Positions 60,698 to 64,000 of a stretch of 64,000 nt of DNA are shown one piece after another. Within the stretch, counting starts at the first letter, position 1; every line of letters begins with the position of its first letter. Below the pieces are notes generated by a model. It was not told the origin of the DNA. It worked only from the letters and a program-made list of their open reading frames with translations, and ran no database searches. Position numbers and translations under genes: made by a program. This DNA comes from Pseudomonadota bacterium (GTDB lineage: Bacteria > Pseudomonadota > Alphaproteobacteria > Rhodobacterales > Rhodobacteraceae), in NCBI GenBank assembly GCA_038527375.1, contig JBCBFU010000003.1, forward strand, positions 10,318 through 74,317. The letters are read 5' to 3'.

Positions 60698-61204
60698 TCA
60701 GGTCCACGGCACCGGCTGCTGGCTGTAGCTGATGTACAGCGGGTGCTTGGGATGGCCGTCCTTGGACAGGCCCAGATGAAACAGCGGGCAGCCGGTGCCG
60801 CGCAAGAGCGCCTCGACCTGCGGGCCGCGGTTTAGATGCGCGCCGTGGGTGCCCCAGGCTGCAACCACATCGTCGGCCCATCGGGCGGCCTCGGTGATCG
60901 CGGCGTCGTTGGCAGGGCCGATGGGTTCGGCCGCCGCGCGCATCTTGCGCGGGTCGGTATCGCGCCACGCGAAGATGTTGCAAACGCGGAAGGCGCCATA
61001 GCCCAAGGCGCGGGCGCGGCGTTCGCAGCGTTCGACCGTTGGGTCGTTCTGCACCTCGGTCGCGGTGGACGGGTTCAGCATGACAAAGGCCACCTTGCGC
61101 CCGTCCGGGTCCCAGACGCGGGTCAGGGCATAACGGTAGCGTTCGCAGGGGGAATAGGTCGCAACAGACGGCGCATCGCCCTTGGTGTGGCTGCGGGTGA
61201 TCAC
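60698..61204 (-). CDS. DUF1643-domain protein
   Basis: 168 aa from a GTG that overlaps the truB stop (GTGA). [10 protein letters not shown]...[11 protein letters not shown]...HPLY is the family pattern. The ATG at 61285 would overlap truB by 85 bp. Confidence 0.65.
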   Translation of the reverse strand: MITRSHTKGDAPSVATYSPCERYRYALTRVWDPDGRKVAFVMLNPSTATEVQNDPTVERCERRARALGYGAFRVCNIFAWRDTDPRKMRAAAEPIGPANDAAITEAARWADDVVAAWGTHGAHLNRGPQVEALLRGTGCPLFHLGLSKDGHPKHPLYISYSQQPVPWT

Positions 61205-62112
61205 CGCACGAAAACGCGTGTGGGGTGGAGTTCTGACCCGCGCAAGGTGCCGACGGCAACGGCCGCCCCATCGAGGGAGGCCCAAGCCTCGTCACCATAC
61301 TGCGCCTCACCGGGATAGACGATCCCGGGATTGCCGTTGCGCAGGCGCGTGGCCCCTTCGGGTGTCGTGCGCAGTTCCGGCAGATCGGCCAGCCCGACCT
61401 CGAGCGGTTGCAGGTGGGCGTCCAGCGCCGGGTCGCGGGCGAGCTCTTCGACCTGTTCCATGCTCAGACCACCCGCGGCATCAAAGGGACCCGACCAGAT
61501 GCGGCGCAGGGACAGGACATGGCCGTGACAGCCAAGGGCCGCCCCCAGATCGCGCGCGATCGACCGCACATAGCCACCCTTGCCGCAGGTCATTTCCAGC
61601 GTCACGTGATCTGCATCGGGGCGGTCAGTCATCACCAACTCTTCGACCCAGAGCGGGCGGGCGGCCAGCGTGACGTCATCGCCGTCGCGGGCCTTCTTGT
61701 AGGCGCGCACGCCGTCGATCTTGACGGCGGAGAAGGCGGGCGGGACCTGCTGGATGTCGCCGACGAATTGGCCAAGGGCGGCCTTGATGTCATCATCTGA
61801 GGGCCGTGCATCGGACTGCGCCGTGACCTCGCCTTCGGCGTCGTCGGTGTTGGTGGCCTGCCCCAGACGCACGGTGAACTGATAGGCCTTCAACGCGTCG
61901 GTGATGTAGGGGACGGTCTTCGTCGCCTCGCCCAGTGCGACGGCCAGAACGCCCGTGGCCGCAGGATCGAGCGTGCCCGCATGGCCCGCCTTGCGCGCAT
62001 TCAGCGCCCAGCGCACCTTGTTGACCACCGCCGTGGAGGTGGGGCCCGCGGGTTTGTCGATGATCAGCCAGCCCGAGATATCGCGGCCTTTGCGGGTGCG
62101 CCCCATGGTCAA
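61201..62112 (-). CDS. truB: tRNA pseudouridine(55) synthase
   Basis: 303 aa. [13 protein letters not shown]...[14 protein letters not shown] holds the catalytic Asp. Confidence 0.95.
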   Translation of the reverse strand: MTMGRTRKGRDISGWLIIDKPAGPTSTAVVNKVRWALNARKAGHAGTLDPAATGVLAVALGEATKTVPYITDALKAYQFTVRLGQATNTDDAEGEVTAQSDARPSDDDIKAALGQFVGDIQQVPPAFSAVKIDGVRAYKKARDGDDVTLAARPLWVEELVMTDRPDADHVTLEMTCGKGGYVRSIARDLGAALGCHGHVLSLRRIWSGPFDAAGGLSMEQVEELARDPALDAHLQPLEVGLADLPELRTTPEGATRLRNGNPGIVYPGEAQYGDEAWASLDGAAVAVGTLRGSELHPTRVFVR

Positions 62113-62182
62113 ATTCCTATGTTCCGAGGGTCGGCGGGGTATCGCGGAGACCTTGGTCCGTCAACCGCGGACAATCGGGGCG

Positions 62183-62920
62183 TCAATCGGTGACGGCGAG
62201 GATCGGACCCATGCGCGGGCCGCCATCCAGACGCGGCCCCCCGGCCACGTCGTCGCGGATATAAAGCCGCGAGATCGAGCCATCGAGGAAGAGCGCCTGA
62301 TCGGCGCCCAAGTGATCGCGAAAGAGGCTGCCGAATGCGTGGAACGTCACCGCATTGTCGGTGATCGCCATCCAGAGCGTCGCGCCATCGGGCGACATAC
62401 CCACGCCATTGCGGCGTTTGCGGCTGTCGGAGTCGGGGAGGAAGCGCGGGTGGAGTTCACCGTCGATCACGAGCATTGGCCCGGATTGCGTGGCGTAGCG
62501 GCAGGCGGGGGCCTCCTCCACATAGCGCAGGGTCTCAACGACCCGGGCGGACCCGTCGTTCAGGCACAGGACCCCGTTTGGCAGAAGCCCGAAATTGCCC
62601 GGGCCCGCGTTCGGGATCACCCGCATGACCGTATCGCCGTCTTCCACATAGTGGCCCACGGGGCGGCGGTCTTCGTGATACATGCCGCCGTTCATGGCGA
62701 TCTGGACGGTATCGGGCAGGGCGGAAAAGGAGCCGTAGGGCTGCGCGGTTTCAGGATCGTTCAGGAACAAACGGACCGTGTCGGTGGCAACATCCACGCG
62801 GCAGATCGTGTAGCGGTTGCCGTCCACCCTCTCGGCCGCGCATTCGGCGGCGCTGGCGGCGTGCGGCACGCCCATCCAGAGCGCGCAGAGAAGCGCGGTG
62901 GCGCTAATCCTCGAGATCAC
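62183..62920 (-). CDS. Phosphodiester glycosidase (DUF2233) family secreted protein
   Basis: 245 aa with a GTG start and a signal peptide. NGGMY...QSGPMLV...RNGVG...LDGSIS pattern present. Confidence 0.65.
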   Translation of the reverse strand: MISRISATALLCALWMGVPHAASAAECAAERVDGNRYTICRVDVATDTVRLFLNDPETAQPYGSFSALPDTVQIAMNGGMYHEDRRPVGHYVEDGDTVMRVIPNAGPGNFGLLPNGVLCLNDGSARVVETLRYVEEAPACRYATQSGPMLVIDGELHPRFLPDSDSRKRRNGVGMSPDGATLWMAITDNAVTFHAFGSLFRDHLGADQALFLDGSISRLYIRDDVAGGPRLDGGPRMGPILAVTD

Positions 62921-63299
62921 GCCGCACCTCGTCCGAGTTCAGGAGCGCGCGGGTTTCGTCCATCTTGTCGAAGGTCTCGTCGATGCGAAAGCGCAGGTCG
63001 GGCGTGTATTTCAGGTTGGAACTGCGCCCGATCATGCGGCGCAATTCGCCTTTGTTTCGGGCCAGTGCCTCGATGGCCTCGGCATGGCCGCGACCGCCCA
63101 GCGGCATCACATAGGCCGTCGCGATCTTGAGATCGGGCGATGTGCGCACCTCGGTCACGGTGATGGACATGCGGCCCAGATCGGGATCATGTAGATCCCC
63201 GCGCGCGAGCACATCCGACAGGGTACGCCGGATCAATTCCGCCACGCGCAACTGGCGCTGACTGGGGCCGGGGCCGTCATGAAAGGTGTTCTTTGCCAT
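62904..63299 (-). CDS. rbfA: Ribosome-binding factor A
   Basis: 131 aa. [14 protein letters not shown]...[19 protein letters not shown]...TPDLRF present. Confidence 0.9.
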   Translation of the reverse strand: MAKNTFHDGPGPSQRQLRVAELIRRTLSDVLARGDLHDPDLGRMSITVTEVRTSPDLKIATAYVMPLGGRGHAEAIEALARNKGELRRMIGRSSNLKYTPDLRFRIDETFDKMDETRALLNSDEVRRDLED

Positions 63300-63395
63300 G
63301 GCGCACAGATACGGGTGCCGCGCGCCTTTTCCAAGCGGGGTTTGCAACATCCGGCCTGCGCAGGCAGAAAGGCGCGAAATCAGGGAGAGATGGCC

Positions 63396-64000
63396 ATGAC
63401 GGACCTGCCGGGAATTGTTGTCACAGGGGCCTCGGGGCGCATGGGGCAGATGTTGGTGCGCGTGATCACCGACAGCCCGGCGGCGCGTCTGGTGGGCTGT
63501 ATCGAACGGTCGGGCCACGAGTGGGTCGGGCGTGATATTGGGGCGGCCATGGGCGGGGCCGATCTGGGCGTGGTGGTCAGTGATGACCCGCTGGAGGCTT
63601 TTGCCAAGGCGCAGGCGGTCATCGACTTTACAGCGCCGGAGGCCACGCTGGAATTCGCCGCGCTGGCCGCACAGGCGCGCGCCGTTCACGTGATCGGGAC
63701 CACCGGCATGACGGATGATCAGATTGCCGCGCTGGAACCGGCGAGCCGTCACGCGACCATCGTGCGTGCGGGCAATATGAGCCTGGGTGTGAACCTCTTG
63801 GTGCAGTTGACCAAGCAGGTGGCCGCGGCGCTGGACGAGGATTTCGATATCGAGGTGATCGAGGCGCATCACCACCACAAGGTCGACGCACCGTCCGGCA
63901 CCGCCCTGATGCTGGGCGAGGCCGCCGCCGAAGGGCGCGGCGTGACCTTGGCCGATGTGAAGGATGCGGCCCGCGACGGGATCACCGGCGCGCGCGAACG
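63396..64000 (+). CDS. dapB: 4-hydroxy-tetrahydrodipicolinate reductase, N-terminal part (continues past the window end)
   Basis: The frame stays open to the window end. [18 protein letters not shown] and [15 protein letters not shown] motifs present. It is absent from the ORF track because no stop is reached. Confidence 0.9.
   Translation, partial: MTDLPGIVVTGASGRMGQMLVRVITDSPAARLVGCIERSGHEWVGRDIGAAMGGADLGVVVSDDPLEAFAKAQAVIDFTAPEATLEFAALAAQARAVHVIGTTGMTDDQIAALEPASRHATIVRAGNMSLGVNLLVQLTKQVAAALDEDFDIEVIEAHHHHKVDAPSGTALMLGEAAAEGRGVTLADVKDAARDGITGARE

Noticed and set aside
61205-61285. ATG start at 61285 for the DUF1643 ORF
   Set aside because: It would overlap truB by 85 bp and add an Arg-rich, non-conserved-looking extension. 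The GTG at 61204 gives a typical family length and a GTGA coupling junction. This is still uncertain.

Overview
High-GC chromosomal segment that looks alphaproteobacterial and Rhodobacterales-like; this is an inference from gene order and protein sequences. I call about 66 protein genes. I saw no rRNA, tRNA, CRISPR array, transposase or integrase. Most of the window is housekeeping: leuS-lptE-holA, a porin, yggS, ribA, xthA, a thioredoxin-TPR co-chaperone, a UbiH-family hydroxylase, ftsK-lolA, hspQ, ggt, a thiolase, pnp, rpsO, truB, rbfA and dapB. Metabolic or accessory blocks are: (1) an XRE-cupin regulator with GFA, two equal-length DAO/GcvT dehydrogenases, a homocysteine S-methyltransferase and rarD, probably a methylamine/betaine demethylation cluster; (2) an aldehyde dehydrogenase, a TRAP transporter and an SDR; (3) an SRPBCC, DGPF(YciI) and ECF42-type sigma operon with a recognisable promoter; (4) a LysR/SbtA-like pair. 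The most unusual region is 47.6-49.1 kb. It holds a lower-GC single gene for an Orc1/Cdc6-like P-loop ATPase with a C-terminal winged helix. One side of that gene is a perfectly phased array of twelve 10-bp repeats. The other side is the pnp terminator, whose loop carries the same 11-mer (GTGATACCCGG). Two further helically phased short-repeat arrays lie at 14.45 kb and 28.4 kb. Other points are a REP-like hairpin family, a candidate CCUCCC sRNA, and three insertions that split the normally contiguous rbfA-truB-rpsO-pnp cluster. Many long ORFs in the track are antisense or alternate-frame artefacts of high GC. All functional calls come from reading the translations and motifs by eye; no database search was run.
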